A DNA stretch of 63,994 nt, the filler included, from Octopus bimaculoides (Eukaryota), in NCBI RefSeq assembly GCF_001194135.2. It is 5 parts of 5 records of this genome, joined end to end, with 100 filler letters (N's around TTAATTAATTAA, not from the genome) between each part and the next. Parts side by side here need not be neighbours in the genome. Positions count along the whole stretch, not along the records: positions 1 to 28,813 come from NC_068987.1; positions 28,914 to 56,430 come from NC_068989.1; 3 more parts are not named here. One strand, written 5' to 3'. Of this stretch, positions 23,439-35,546 are shown one piece after another; within the stretch, counting starts at the first letter, position 1; the number at the start of each line of letters is the position of its first letter. The translations under genes were made by a program, and so were the position numbers. The notes under the pieces are model-generated. The model saw only the letters and a list, made by a program, of their open reading frames with translations, had not been told where the DNA came from and did not search any database.

Positions 23439-24483
23439 TACCGTTCAAAGAATTTTTCAAACTTCGAAACAAATGGTAATCTGATGATTCAAGGTCAAGG
23501 CTATATGGTGGATGTGACATCACTTCCCATTCAATAATTTTTCACTAGCAAAGACTTGTGTGGTCTAGCGTTTTCATGGTGGAACACGGTTCCTTTACAG
23601 TTTGCCAATTCTGGCCGTTTTTCTTTGATTGCTTCCTCCAGTTTCATTAGTTGTTGATAGTAAACATCAGAATTGATTGTTTGGTTCCTTGGAAGCTCAA
23701 TATGCACAATAACTTTGTAATCCTAACAAATTGACAGTATGACCTTTTTCTGATGCAATTTAACTTTCGATGTGGTTCATGCTGGTTCATTACGTCTGGA
23801 CCATGATCGTTTTCGATTGATATTATTGTAGATAATTCATTTTTCATCACCAATGATGATTCGTTTAAAAAAAAAACAAAAAAAAAGGGTCGATTTCATT
23901 GCGTTTGAGATGCATATCGCAAATATTGATTCGTTGTGTTAAGTGAATCTCTTTCAATTTATGTGGAACCTGAATATTGTGCTTCTTAACGAGTCTAAGA
24001 CAGTTTAAGTGATTTCCAATTGTGTGTGATACATTTAACCTCTGTGCAATCTCTCGTACAGTTGTATGACCATCAGATTCAATTATGGCTTTGATACGGT
24101 CATCATCAACTTCAGTAGGTCGACCAGAACGTTGGTCATGTTTGAGTGAAATATCTCCAGAACGGAATTTTTAAGACAATTTCTGACATGTGCGTTCTGT
24201 TAAGCAATCAACACCATAAACTTCACATATCTCTTTGTGAGCCTCAGCAGCTTTCTTGGCTTGACGGAAATAAAAAAGCAAAATATGGTGAAAATGTTCG
24301 TTTTGCATTCCATGTTAAAATTGACACTGAACTAACAGCTGTAAACAAAATTTCGTGCAATTTGCTTCTAAAGTAAGCTAAAATCAAACGTCAAAAGGAA
24401 AAAAAATCATCACGTTGTCAAAAGTCATTAAAACAATCGTAGCTGTATTAGCGAAAAGCGAAATTACTTTTTTACCAACCCAA
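23439..24483 (-). mobile_element. Degenerate mariner (Hsmar1-like TIR), 3' end lost in a gap
   Basis: TIR ttgggttggtaaaaaagtaatttcg after TA. N-terminal FHHILLFYFRQAKKAAEAHKEICEVYG; C-terminal HPPYSLDLESSDYHLFRSLKNSLNG. Confidence 0.85.
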
Positions 24484-24823
24484 TATAAATATATATATTG
24501 TATTTCGGGATGGTCATTTTCTCATTTTGCCAAATNNNNNNNNNNNNNNNNNNNNNNNNNNNNNNNNNNNNNNNNNNNNNNNNNNNNNNNNNNNNNNNNN
24601 NNNNNNNNNNNNNNNNNNNNNNNNNNNNNNNNNNNNNNNNNNNNNNNNNNNNNNNNNNNNNNNNNNNNNNNNNNNNNNNNNNNNNNNNNNNNNNNNNNNN
24701 NNNNNNNNNNNNNNNNNNNNNNNNNNNNNNNNNNNNNNNNNNNNNNNNNNNNNNNNNNNNNNNNNNNNNNNNNNNNNNNNNNNNNNNNNNNNNNNNNNNN
24801 NNNNNNNNNNNNNNNNNNNNNNN

Positions 24824-24911
24824 ACACCTTGGACAAGTGTTTTCTGTTATAACCTCAGGCCGACTAAGGCCACGTGAGTGGATTTCGTCAACGGAAACTG
24901 AAAAAAGCCCG

Positions 24912-24951
<40 letters not shown>

Positions 24952-25150
24952 CGTTGTATCTGTGCTTGTGCCCCATCCTCCGATCGCTTGACAACCGGCG
25001 CTGGTGTGTTTACGTTCTTATAACCTAACGGTTCGGCAAAAACGACCGTTAGAATATTTATCAGGACTTTTGAAAGAAAAAAATGTACTGAGGTCGATTA
25101 GTTCGTCTAATATTCTTCAAAGTGGTGTTCCAGCATGGCCACAGTCTAAT
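24824..25150 (+). mobile_element. SINE family A, diverged, 5' end in a gap
   Basis: caccttggacaagtgttttct ... ggaaactgaaaaaagcccgtcgtgtgtg ... ccagcatggccacagtctaatgattgaa. Confidence 0.75.
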
Positions 25151-25427
25151 GATTGAATCAAAAATTAAAAAAAAGTATTTGTACGCATGTATGTATGTAT
25201 GTATGTATGCATGCATGCCTGTATCTCTCTAGCAATCAATAAATCAATCGATCAATATATATGTGTATGTCTGTGTGGGTGGATGTATTGATCGATTGAT
25301 AGAGAAATTACATGCCTGTATCTCTATCAATCGATCAATATGTCCACCCACAAACGCATGGATTTCATACATGTATTTGCATACACGCACTTACACACAC
25401 ACACACATGCACACACATACACACACA

Positions 25428-25720
25428 CAGTGCTGGGTTTAGGACAAATGAAGCCCTGTGCTAGTTAAGCTATGAGGCCCCTTACTTATGAAGGCCCTTC
25501 CTTGGCCCCTTTATGTTAAAAAATAGCGTGTAGAAGCGTTCATATTAATAGTTCCACTTTTATAACTTTTAGGAAAAACATTTGAAGGTTTAACATTTGA
25601 ATAATTCCTCGATAAAAATTTGGGGGCAGGAAGATGCCCCCCCCCCCCCACTACTCTCACTCTTGGTCAGCGGGGCCCTGTGCTTCAGCACACCAAAGCA
25701 CAATGGTAAATTCGTCACTG
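25428..25720. mobile_element. hAT-like MITE
   Basis: Ends cagtgctgggttt / aaattcgtcactg, with internal ggcccc repeats. No clean TSD seen. Confidence 0.5.
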
Positions 25721-26408
25721 TACGGGCGCGCGCAGATACTTAAGCCTGTTCTCTATTTGTTGCGTTTTCTGTGCAAGGGAGAGAAGCGATGAAAGAATAT
25801 TTTCTCCCGTTTTTGGAAATTGACTTTTTAAAAAAAATAACATCGTTTTTCTGCTATTATTTTAAATATTTAATTAAATTTCATCTTCAGCATTTAATTT
25901 CTCTTTATTTGCAGACAGCTGAATCGACACTTCGTATAATCTTGTGTGTAATATGTCTCAAAGAATTTAGTCTCTGTATTAATTAACCATGCTCTATTTG
26001 ACAATGATTGTTAAAAAGAAAAAAAAACAGAAGTAGATAAGAATATTTGATAAAATAATTTGATAAAAATCGATAAAATCGATAAAAGAAAAGAAAATAG
26101 TTTATAAAAACCGATAGCTTTTCTTTCGTTTCAAATCGGATAGGAAAAGAAATGGTGTATATAACTGTTTATTAAATGATTAGAACATGCATAATATATC
26201 TTTTCTCTGCAAAGGGATGCGAGGAGTACGACAGATCGCCTCTGAGTCAGGCAAATAATTCGGAAATAACGGCAAATGATTTTGGTTTCAATCATTGTGT
26301 GTGTGTGTGTGTGTGTCCTCCCCGATCTGTTGTTCTCCACCTGCAAGCGCGTGCTACTCTAAGTTTCTGGGGGAAGAGCTCTTCCCTAAACATATTATGT
26401 TTAAACAG

Positions 26409-26744
26409 GAGTCCGGACAAAACCTCACTAGAACAAAATCCCACAAGGACAAAACTCCACTAGGACAAAATCCTCCAAGAGGAAGACCATGGAGGAATTT
26501 CTGAATGGTGTAAGACACAACATCAGGTTATAGTAAAATGAACTTCAACACTTAATGAGGTTTTCAATATTTTATTTGTTTTAATGATATTCTTTTTACT
26601 ATGCTCATTGTTGTGATTCATGTAACAGTTTACATATCGGAGACGTGTTCAGAAACTACAATAGGAGTTTCGTCCTCCGGGGTATTTTTCCTAGGGTTTT
26701 TTTTTTTTGTGGGTCTTGTCCTTGTGGAGTTTTGTCCTACACTC
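26409..26744. mobile_element. Foldback-type non-autonomous element with sub-terminal ~16-bp repeats
   Basis: Left ggacaaaa(c/t)c.cac units x4; right inverted gtggagttttgtcctacactc and gtgggtcttgtcct. Confidence 0.65.
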
Positions 26745-28384
26745 GTCTAGATAAGAGATGGAAGAATACTTCCCATAAATGTGCTGCTTCTAAATAAACG
26801 ACGGGATGGTAACGCTTGGAGCAACAGTGATCATAGGTCTTTTGGACCAGAGGTGATCTATGATCAACGTTATCCCAGCCATGACCATCCAATCCAATAT
26901 TCGGATATAGTGCATCTAGGACTAGGATATATAGGATTAAACAATAACTCTTTGTTATTGTTTAGTCGCTGGTCTGCATTAATCCAAATGCCTATGCTCA
27001 AAGACTTCCAGCCGTGACCGTCCTATAATTTATTTTAATACAGTTTATATGAAGCTATATGATAAAGACAGAAATGTATGCAGTATGTGTAATTTGGCTG
27101 CTATTTCTAGCAGCTCAAGCAACTACATTCAANNNNNNNNNNNNNNNNNNNNNNNNNNNNNNNNNNNNNNNNNNNNNNNNNNNNNNNNNNNNNNNNNNNN
27201 NNNNNNNNNNNNNNNNNNNNNNNNNNNNNNNNNNNNNNNNNNNNNNNNNNNNNNNNNNNNNNNNNNNNNNNNNNNNNNNNNNNNNNNNNNNNNNNNNNNN
27301 NNNNNNNNNNNNNNNNNNNNNNNNNNNNNNNNNNNNNNNNNNNNNNNNNNNNNNNNNNNNNNNNNNNNNNNNNNNNNNNNNNNNNNNNNNNNNNNNNNNN
27401 NNNNNNNNNNNNNNNNNNNNNNNNNNNNNNNNNNNNNNNNNNNNNNNNNNNNNNNNNNNNNNNNNNNNNNNNNNNNNNNNNNNNNNNNNNNNNNNNNNNN
27501 NNNNNNNNNNNNNNNNNNNNNNNNNNNNNNNNNNNNNNNNNNNNNNNNNNNNNNNNNNNNNNNNNNNNNNNNNNNNNNNNNNNNNNNNNNNNNNNNNNNN
27601 NNNNNNNNNNNNNNNNNNNNNNNNNNNNNNNNNNNNNNNNNNNNNNNNNNNNNNNNNNNNNNNNNNNNNNNNNNNNNNNNNNNGCAGTATGTGTAATTTG
27701 GCTGCTATTTCTAGCAGCTCAAGCAACTACATTCAAGCTGTAGCGTTCTAATAGTTTATTTTGAGAAATTCTTCGCTTTGCAACCATGAGGTCCCGGGCT
27801 CAATCCCACTGCGCGGCAGCTTGGGCACATGTCATTTTCTATAGCCTCAGATCCATTCATACCTCATGACCGAAACTGGGTATTGAAGCCCATCAGCTAG
27901 GTTGTAGCCGTATATGAAACGGTATAGCTTTGTCACACTGTGAGACGCTGATTTTGCCTGAAGATTACGTCAACAATACACACATGCCTATGGAATGATC
28001 AGCTAGAACTCTTTTGAGTATTTCCTAGTTCAGAGCTGATTTACGGATAAATAGCAACAATAACAACAAGGAAGACTAGCGTAAATACTATGATACTATG
28101 TGTGAATAAAAGATGGGATGGTTACAACAACAAGAACATGTAAAAACAACATCCCTCCTGCTCACCAATACAATAACACTATGTAACAATTTATTATTTT
28201 TGTTTTTGGTCAGTAAGTGTTATCTCTTATTAGCTCCTATCTAGAAATCAAAAGAAATGACTACTCTTTCCTTCAAATTTTGAGTTTGTGACTTAGACAT
28301 CGATGTTTTGGAACTGACCTATTTTCCATTACGTTTCAGATAGATTCAGCGCTGAGTCGTTGAAGCAGAAATATCCTTTTTTTT

Positions 28385-28789
28385 TTCTACTCTAGGCACA
28401 AGGCCTAAAATTTTGGGGGAGGGGACCAGTCGATTAGATTGACTCCAGTACGCAACTGGTAGTTAATTTATCGACCCCGAAAGAATGAGTTTGAACCCAA
28501 AACGTAAAGACAGACGAAATACCGCAGAGCATATCGCCCGGCGTGCTAACGTTTCTTATTTCTTTATTACCCACAAGGGGCTAAACATAGAGGGGTCAAA
28601 CAAGGACAGACAAAGGGATTAAGTCGATTACATCGACCCCAGTGCGTAACTGGTACTTAATTTATCGACCCCGAAAAGATGAAAGGCAAAGTTGACCTCG
28701 GCGGGATTTTAACTCAGAACGTAACGTCAGACAATATACCGCTAAGCATTTCGCTCGGCCTGCTAACGATTCTACCAGCTCGCTGCCTT
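28385..28789 (-). mobile_element. Two SINE B copies head-to-tail: type-1-tail copy (28553-28789) fused onto a type-2-tail copy (28385-28552)
   Basis: On the minus strand the tail aataagaa runs directly into acgttagcacgccggg of the second copy. Confidence 0.85.
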
Positions 28790-28813
28790 CTTGAAACAGA
28801 AATATCGTTACAG

Positions 28814-28913
28814 NNNNNNNNNNNNNNNNNNNNNNNNNNNNNNNNNNNNNNNNNNNNTTAATTAATTAANNNNNNNNNNNNNNNNNNNNNNNNNNNNNNN
28901 NNNNNNNNNNNNN
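28814..28913. other. Artificial scaffold-joining spacer (44N + TTAATTAATTAA + 44N)
   Basis: Exactly 100 bp with stops in all six frames; identical spacers at 56431, 60440 and 62513. Confidence 0.95.
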
Positions 28914-30084
28914 TGGTCGACCTGAGGCTATAGTAGAAGACACTTGCCCAATTTTAAATATAACAAAGAATTTAGTAAAATAAGTTAGTAATCATTCGGC
29001 TACTGTTAGGAACATAAATTGTGACTAAGGTTTGGTGGAAGATTTTAATTCAAAACTTATAAAAACAATACATTTGTATTACAATGCCAGAGCCGGTTTC
29101 AGCCGGGTGGGTAATGAAAGGGCTAATAAAGAAAAAAAAAACTTGCTTTACTATATTCTTCAATATTTTCCAAATTATTTGACATAATGGCAATGTTGTA
29201 AATCAACAGAAAAAGAAGTGAAAAAAGGGTTAAGCAGTTTTCCTTTAGAAGTGTAGTTGCAAAAAGGCTTAAAAGGATTGACAATAAAAAAATTGCTGTG
29301 GCTAAATTGGTAAAGGCGTTGGATACTCGACTCATTTATTACACAAGTTCAAATTCTGCGAGAGGTATTTGACAGTGTTCAAGTGCATAGAATTAATGTA
29401 GTTGTCCAAGTGTACACAGCCATTTAACTCATTCATTCATGGAAACAACTTCCAGAATCTATTTGAAGCATAATGTAAAAATGACAATATTGCCCAAGAG
29501 AAATCCGATTGGAAAACACATTTTGAAAGGCAAGGAATTGATGGATTAGAGTCAAAACGAATCCTCATCTGTTTAGCATCAGAGACCATCATAACTCCTA
29601 ACTCAAATAGCCAACATTTGGGAGTTTAAACCTTTATCTTCTGCCTTCTCCCAACCCCTTCCCGCCCTCTGCGTTAAAACCTAGATCCAGGTGGATTTGT
29701 CACTTTCCGGATAACTTCAAATGTTATTTCTCTCTCTCTCTCTCACAGCTAAATAATTTATTCCACTTTGTGAACTTTTTCTATTAACTGTCTATAAGTG
29801 TATATACATGCAAAGTGCATATAGGGGTTCCTTGGGGCTCCTTTGTTTGTATGTGTGTTTCTTTTGGTAAAATGAATTCATACGAAAAGCAATATAATTG
29901 TGATGATGGCATAGCAGTATTGCTGCTACTGATGATGATGATGATGATGATGATGATGACAATGATAGTAATGATGATGATGATGATGATTGCTTGTCTG
30001 TAAAAATTAGTTCCAGACAGTATATTCCATTGCTTATCTATTCAGTTCTTTGCTGCTGTTGGGAGGGGTGTGTGCATTGGAGCT

Positions 30085-30830
30085 ACTAAATACTATAACT
30101 GATGGTGGGGGTGGTGGCAGTGGTGGTGGTGGTGGCGCTGATACTAGAACTACTAATGCTACAACTGGTGGTAGTATTAGTTGGTGATGCTGCAAGTGAT
30201 GGTGATGGTGGTGGTGGTGGTGGTGGTGCTAATGCAGCTGGTGACAGTAGCGGTAATGGTGTTTGCACTGGTGATGATGGTGGTTGTGGTGGTGGTCGTT
30301 GTAGTGCTACTTACTACGACTACTACCACTACCACCATCACTACTACCACTACCACCGCCACCACTACCACCATTCCTGTTACTACTACTACTACCACTA
30401 CCACCACCACCATCACTACTACTACTACCACCACCACCATCACTACTACTACTACCACCACCACTATCACCACTCCTGTTACTACCACCACCACTATCAC
30501 CACTACTACCACCACTACTGCTGCCACCATCACTACTACCACTACCACCATCACTGCTACCACTACTACTACTAGCACCACCACTACCACCACCATACTA
30601 CCACCACTACTGCCTGGCAGTGTTGGTGGTTGATGTTTGGTATAATGATGTTGATGGTGATGCTGGAGGTGTTGATGGTAACACCACTACAACTATTTGC
30701 AGGTGGTGGTGGTGGTGGTGGTGATGATGATGATGATGATGGTTGTGACGATGATGCTACTGGTGATGCCAATATACTGCTATTGCTTGGCATGGTGGTG
30801 GTGGTGGTGGTGGTGGTGGTGCAGGCCCCA
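30085..30830. repeat. Compound trinucleotide low-complexity tract with two strand switches
   Basis: (GGT/GAT)n-like 30100-30300, (ACT/ACC/ATC)n 30305-30615, (GGT/GAT)n 30620-30830. Confidence 0.9.
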
Positions 30831-31475
30831 CCATTGTTGTTGTGTGATCTATGTTTGTTGTTACTTTATGACAGATCTGATAATAACTGACTTTTNNNNN
30901 NNNNNNNNNNNNNNNNNNNNNNNNNNNNNNNNNNNNNNNNNNNNNNNNNNNNNNNNNNNNNNNNNNNNNNNNNNNNNNNNNNNNNNNNNNNNNNNNNNNN
31001 NNNNNNNNNNNNNNNNNNNNNNNNNNNNNNNNNNNNNNNNNNNNNNNNNNNNNNNNNNNNNNNNNNNNNNNNNNNNNNNNNNNNNNNNNNNNNNNNNNNN
31101 NNNNNNNNNNNNNNNNNNNNNNNNNNNNNNNNNNNNNNNNNNNNNNNNNNNNNNNNNNNNNNNNNNNNNNNNNNNNNNNNNNNNNNNNNNNNNNNNNNNN
31201 NNNNNNNNNNNNNNNNNNNNNNNNNNNNNNNNNNNNNNNNNNNNNNNNNNNNNNNNNNNNNNNNNNNNNNNNNNNNNNNNNNNNNNNNNNNNNNNNNNNN
31301 NNNNNNNNNNNNNNNNNNNNNNNNNNNNNNNNNNNNNNNNNNNNNNNNNNNNNNNNNNNNNNNNNNNNNNNNNNNNNNNNNNNNNNNNNACACACACACA
31401 CACACACAAGCATATATACACATGCATATTTGCATGTACAACGACATACATACTACAATACATATATACATACAT

Positions 31476-31506
<31 letters not shown>

Positions 31507-32659
31507 CACACATACATGCACACACACATACATGTATATATATTTATATATTTACACATGGTATACAGATACCTACATACATATATACATACGCAGGCAT
31601 ATAAATGGTTTACTGCAGTTTCGTTCCTGCAACCACACACACACATATGCACATTTACTTCAAGGTGGTCGAGGCCACTGACATCTTTCATTTGCTGTCT
31701 TTTCTTCAAGATCCCCAGCTGCAAAGAAATAAAATTCCAAAACCAAAAAAAAAAAAATTAAATAAAATAACGATAGAAACCATTCTCTTCTTATGGTGGT
31801 CCCTTTAAAATTTTTTTTTATTTTTTATTTTTTCATATATAAGAAGAACCCTGAATTGAATTAATAGCCTATTATTGATTACCAGGAACGTGGCACAAGA
31901 GATCCCAAATTTCCATTCAATCTTTGGCAACATGACAGTGAGAAGAACGGTGATTTCTCACATTGACACAAGTCTACGAGATTTATAGCAGAAGGGATTA
32001 TTAGTAGTAGTAGTAGTAGCAGCAGCATTGGTTGGTTGGCAGGTTCCTTAGAGCATTGGAGTCTCTTTTTTTTTTTAAATGTCTTGAAGCATTTACCCCA
32101 TCCAGCTCTTTTATGTTCTGAGTCATCTTTGCTTCTCACCTCTCACCCCCACCCCAGGGGCCAATGAAATAGAATACCAGTCAAGTATTGTGGGATGATG
32201 TAAATAGACTAATTCTGATTCCTCACCCCTCAGAATCGTTGGCCTCCCTTGTGCAGAAATTTAGAAATTATTAAGAATGAAACAGTGGATTAGCAAAATC
32301 TTTAGCATCGGAATGAAATAAAACGCCTTGCAGTATTTTCTGTTTTTCATGGAGCATTTTCAGTTTTTATCATTATGTTCTGAGTTCAAATTCTGCTGAG
32401 GTCGACTCTGGGTGGCAGGGTCAATAAAATAAGCAACAGTCAAATGTCGGAGGTGGCGGTCAATGTAATCGACTTACCCCNNNNNNNNNNATTATTGAGG
32501 CTCTGTGCCAAAATTTGAAACCATTATTATTTTTGTGTTTCTCATCTGAAAACTAGATTTGTTTTATTTTTATGTATCTATCTTCCTTTTTTTTTTTGTC
32601 TTTGTTGAATAATGTACATATAACAATATTTGAAATTATCAGAATAAATTGTTTATATG

Positions 32660-32699
32660 TTTATTTTCATTTTTGCCTTTTCTTTTATTGTAGGTAAGT
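32660..32699 (+). promoter_or_regulatory. Candidate recursive splice site (3' splice site immediately followed by a 5' splice site)
   Basis: 26 of 31 pyrimidines (32660-32690), then TAG|GTAAGT at 32693/32694. Confidence 0.45.
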
Positions 32700-34108
32700 G
32701 TGTCTTTACTGATCTGGCAGTTGTGATGTTGTAACTTCCTCATAAGGTAGGAACAAACTTATTTGGTTAGAGATTTCATTAAAAGGGTACAATATGGTTG
32801 TTGTTGTCATAATGTCATAATCATTGTTGTATTGATATTACTTTGGTCAGTATTTATCATATTTTTATGTGTTTTTCTGTTTATCTGAATTGGTTAACAC
32901 AGAATCCTCCTCAGCCTCATATTGTCTTTTGTTTTTTTTCAAGCTGGCATCAGTCTTGCCTCTTGGGTTTAGCAATTTGTCAGTCATTCATCATCTCATA
33001 TAAAAAAAGATTAAAAATCCCACAGCCTCATAAGTTTCGTTTCCAAAGCATTTAGGCATCTGAGAGGGAGCATAAGATTTTGTCTAAATTGTACTGATTT
33101 TCAGTAGAGTGGATAGGAGCAGTGGGAAATGAAGTTCCTTGCTCAAGGATATATCACGCTGCCCAGTCCAAGAATTAAACCCACAGCCTGGCAATCATGG
33201 ACCTAGCCATGAGACTGTCTGCTTTCATACCATCTGATATACATATACATAAAAAAAACAAAAAAAACAAGAATTTACTATAGACACAAGCATGGCTCTG
33301 AGGTTAAGAAGCTAGCTTTGGAACCACATCGTTTCAGGTTCAGTCCCTCTATACAGCACTTCAGGCAAGAGTCTTTTGCTATAGCCCCAGACCAACCAAT
33401 CAATGCTTTGTGAATGAATCTAGAGCTGGCAGAAGCGTTAGCACTCCAAGCGAAATGCTTAGCTGTATTTCGTCTGCTGTTACGTTCTGAGTTCAAATTC
33501 CGCCGTGGTTGACTTCGCCTTTCATCATTTCAGGGTCAATAAATTAAGAATTTTCTGCTCCTTTTGTTGTGGATTTAGGTGTCTTCATCTGCCCCTGCCA
33601 CCTTTTTTTTGACATCTTTATGGCTGGATGCCCTTTCTATCACCAACTTTAATTTTCTGACCTTCAATTCAAATTCTACCAAGATCAGCTTTACCTTATA
33701 CCCTTCCTGGGACTGATAAAATACCAATCAAGTAATGGGGTCAATGTAATCAGCAAAATTCCAGCCCCTCAAAACTGTTGGCTTTGTGCCGAAATTAGAA
33801 ACCATCTTCAGTAGTAGTAGTTTCTGATTTAGGCACAAGGCCAGTAATTTTGAGGGGAGGGGGTAATTTGATACCTCCAACCTAAGTACTTAAATAAAGT
33901 ACCTATCAAGTACTAGGGTTGGTGGTATCAACACACTCCCCCCCACCTTCCCTCAAAATTACTAGCCTTTTGCCTAAATCTTAAACAACAATTATTACTA
34001 TTGCTGCTACTACTACTACAATAGTTATGATGCTGAAGCCTCATTTATACAACACAGGCATTTCATAATACCATACAGACATCTTCCCAATTGCTTCCAC
34101 ACCTGCAG

Positions 34109-34165
34109 ACGGGGACCACCTGGGCAATCACCAAAGGAGGCAGTGGACCGAATCTCATTCAGCAG
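34109..34165 (+). CDS. Candidate 57-nt internal exon, product unknown
   Basis: catcttcccaattgcttccacacctgcag|ACGGGG...TTCAGCAG|gtgaga. Length is a multiple of 3 and all three frames are open. Confidence 0.35.
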
Positions 34166-34607
34166 GTGAGAATGGAAGGCTGCTGGTGGTGGTGGTGGTG
34201 GTGGTGGTGGTGGCAGCGGCGGTGGGGGCAGAAAGGGTAGCACTGGCAGCCAACACTGAGGGAAGTAGTAGGCACTGAGTATTAGGAGTAAACTAAACAG
34301 GGGGTTGTTTTTTGTGGGGTCAAGTATATAACTTAGTGAGTGGATCAGATTTGATGTGTAGTTTCTAGTTTTAGTTTCTCTCATGTATTGTGCATTTGAT
34401 GATGATGATAATAATGAAAGGATGTTCAAATCCTGCCAAGATCAATTTGCATTTTATCCCTCCAGGAGTTAATAAAATAAGGTACCTGTCATGCACCGAG
34501 TGTGATGGTATCAGTTAAGTCTCCTGTCCCACAAAATACTGGCCTTGTGCCTGAATCAGAAACCATTATGTATTATTATTAGAGGAATTAATTGGCAGAA
34601 TTTAATG

Positions 34608-34965
34608 TCTGCTTTCCATGTTGGCATGGGTTGGACGGTTCGACTGAGGACTGACAAGCCAGGATATTGCACCAGGCTCCAATCTGTTCTGGTAAGGTTT
34701 CTACAGCTGGATGCCCTTCCTAACGCCAACCACTCCGAGAGTGTAGTGGGTGCTTTTTACATGTCACCGGCACAGGGGCAGGGGCCACACTCGAATGGTG
34801 CTTTTTATGTACCACCAGCACAGGAGCCAGTCAGGCAACACTGGCATAGCCCACACTCAAATGCCACCAGTAAGAGAGCCTTTTACATGCCACCAGTAAG
34901 GGAGCCTTTTACATGCCACCAGTAAGGGAGCCTTTTACATGCCACCAGTAAGGGAGCCTGTCAGG
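34608..34965 (-). mobile_element. RTE LINE 3' UTR fragment with an internal 26-bp tandem expansion
   Basis: ctttccatgttggcatgggttggacg ... ctacagctggatgcccttcctaacgccaaccactc; ccaccagtaagggagccttttacatg about x4 at 34860-34960. Confidence 0.75.
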
Positions 34966-35012
34966 CAGCACCTTGTGATATTCAGTTATCTTCTATACAT
35001 ATCTCCATACTA

Positions 35013-35312
35013 GGCACAGGAGTGGCNNNNNNNNNNNNNNNNNNNNNNNNNNNNNNNNNNNNNNNNNNNNNNNNNNNNNNNNNNNNNNNNNNNNNNNNNN
35101 NNNNNNNNNNNNNNNNNNNNNNNNNNNNNNNNNNNNNNNNNNNNNNNNNNNNNNNNNNNNNNNNNNNNNNNNNNNNNNNNNNNNNNNNNNNNNNNNNNNN
35201 NNNNNNNNNNNNNNNNNNNNNNNNNNNNNNNNNNNNNNNNNNNNNNNNNNNNNNNNNNNNNNNNNNNNNNNNNNNNNNNNNNNNNNNNNNNNNNNNNNNN
35301 NNNNNNNNNNNN

Positions 35313-35349
<37 letters not shown>

Positions 35350-35546
35350 CTGTTTGTCTCCCCAACATCGCTTGACAACCGATGCTGGTGTGTTTACGTC
35401 CCCGTAACTTAGCGGTTCGGCAAAAAGAGACTGATAGAATGAGTACAAGGCTTACAAAGAATAAGTCCTCGGGTCGATTTGCTCGACTAAAGGCAGTGCT
35501 CCAGCATGGCCGCAGTCAAATGACTGAAACAAGTAAAAGAGTAAGA
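35013..35546 (+). mobile_element. SINE family A (gap inside), followed by an inverted SINE A head at ~35560-35710
   Basis: ggcacaggagtggc...gap...ccccaacatcgcttgacaaccgatgctgg...gactgaaacaagtaaaagag. Confidence 0.85.

Noticed and set aside
26035-26118. Cluster of six GATA motifs
   Set aside because: Better explained as a degenerate A-rich tandem repeat; no independent enhancer evidence.
27079-27737. 54-bp direct repeat on both sides of a gap (also 44195-44277)
   Set aside because: Overlapping contig ends that were not merged; assembly artefact.
28858-28869. TTAATTAATTAA recurring four times
   Set aside because: Synthetic six-frame-stop linker centred in 100-bp spacers; not biological.
30102-30633. 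His/Tyr-rich and poly-Thr/Val ORFs, as possible cephalopod structural proteins
   Set aside because: Several frames on both strands are open, as expected for triplet repeats; no signal peptide, GHG repeats or reflectin motif.
31880-31990. Exon-like unique segment
   Set aside because: Several competing frames and strands, none with a recognisable product.
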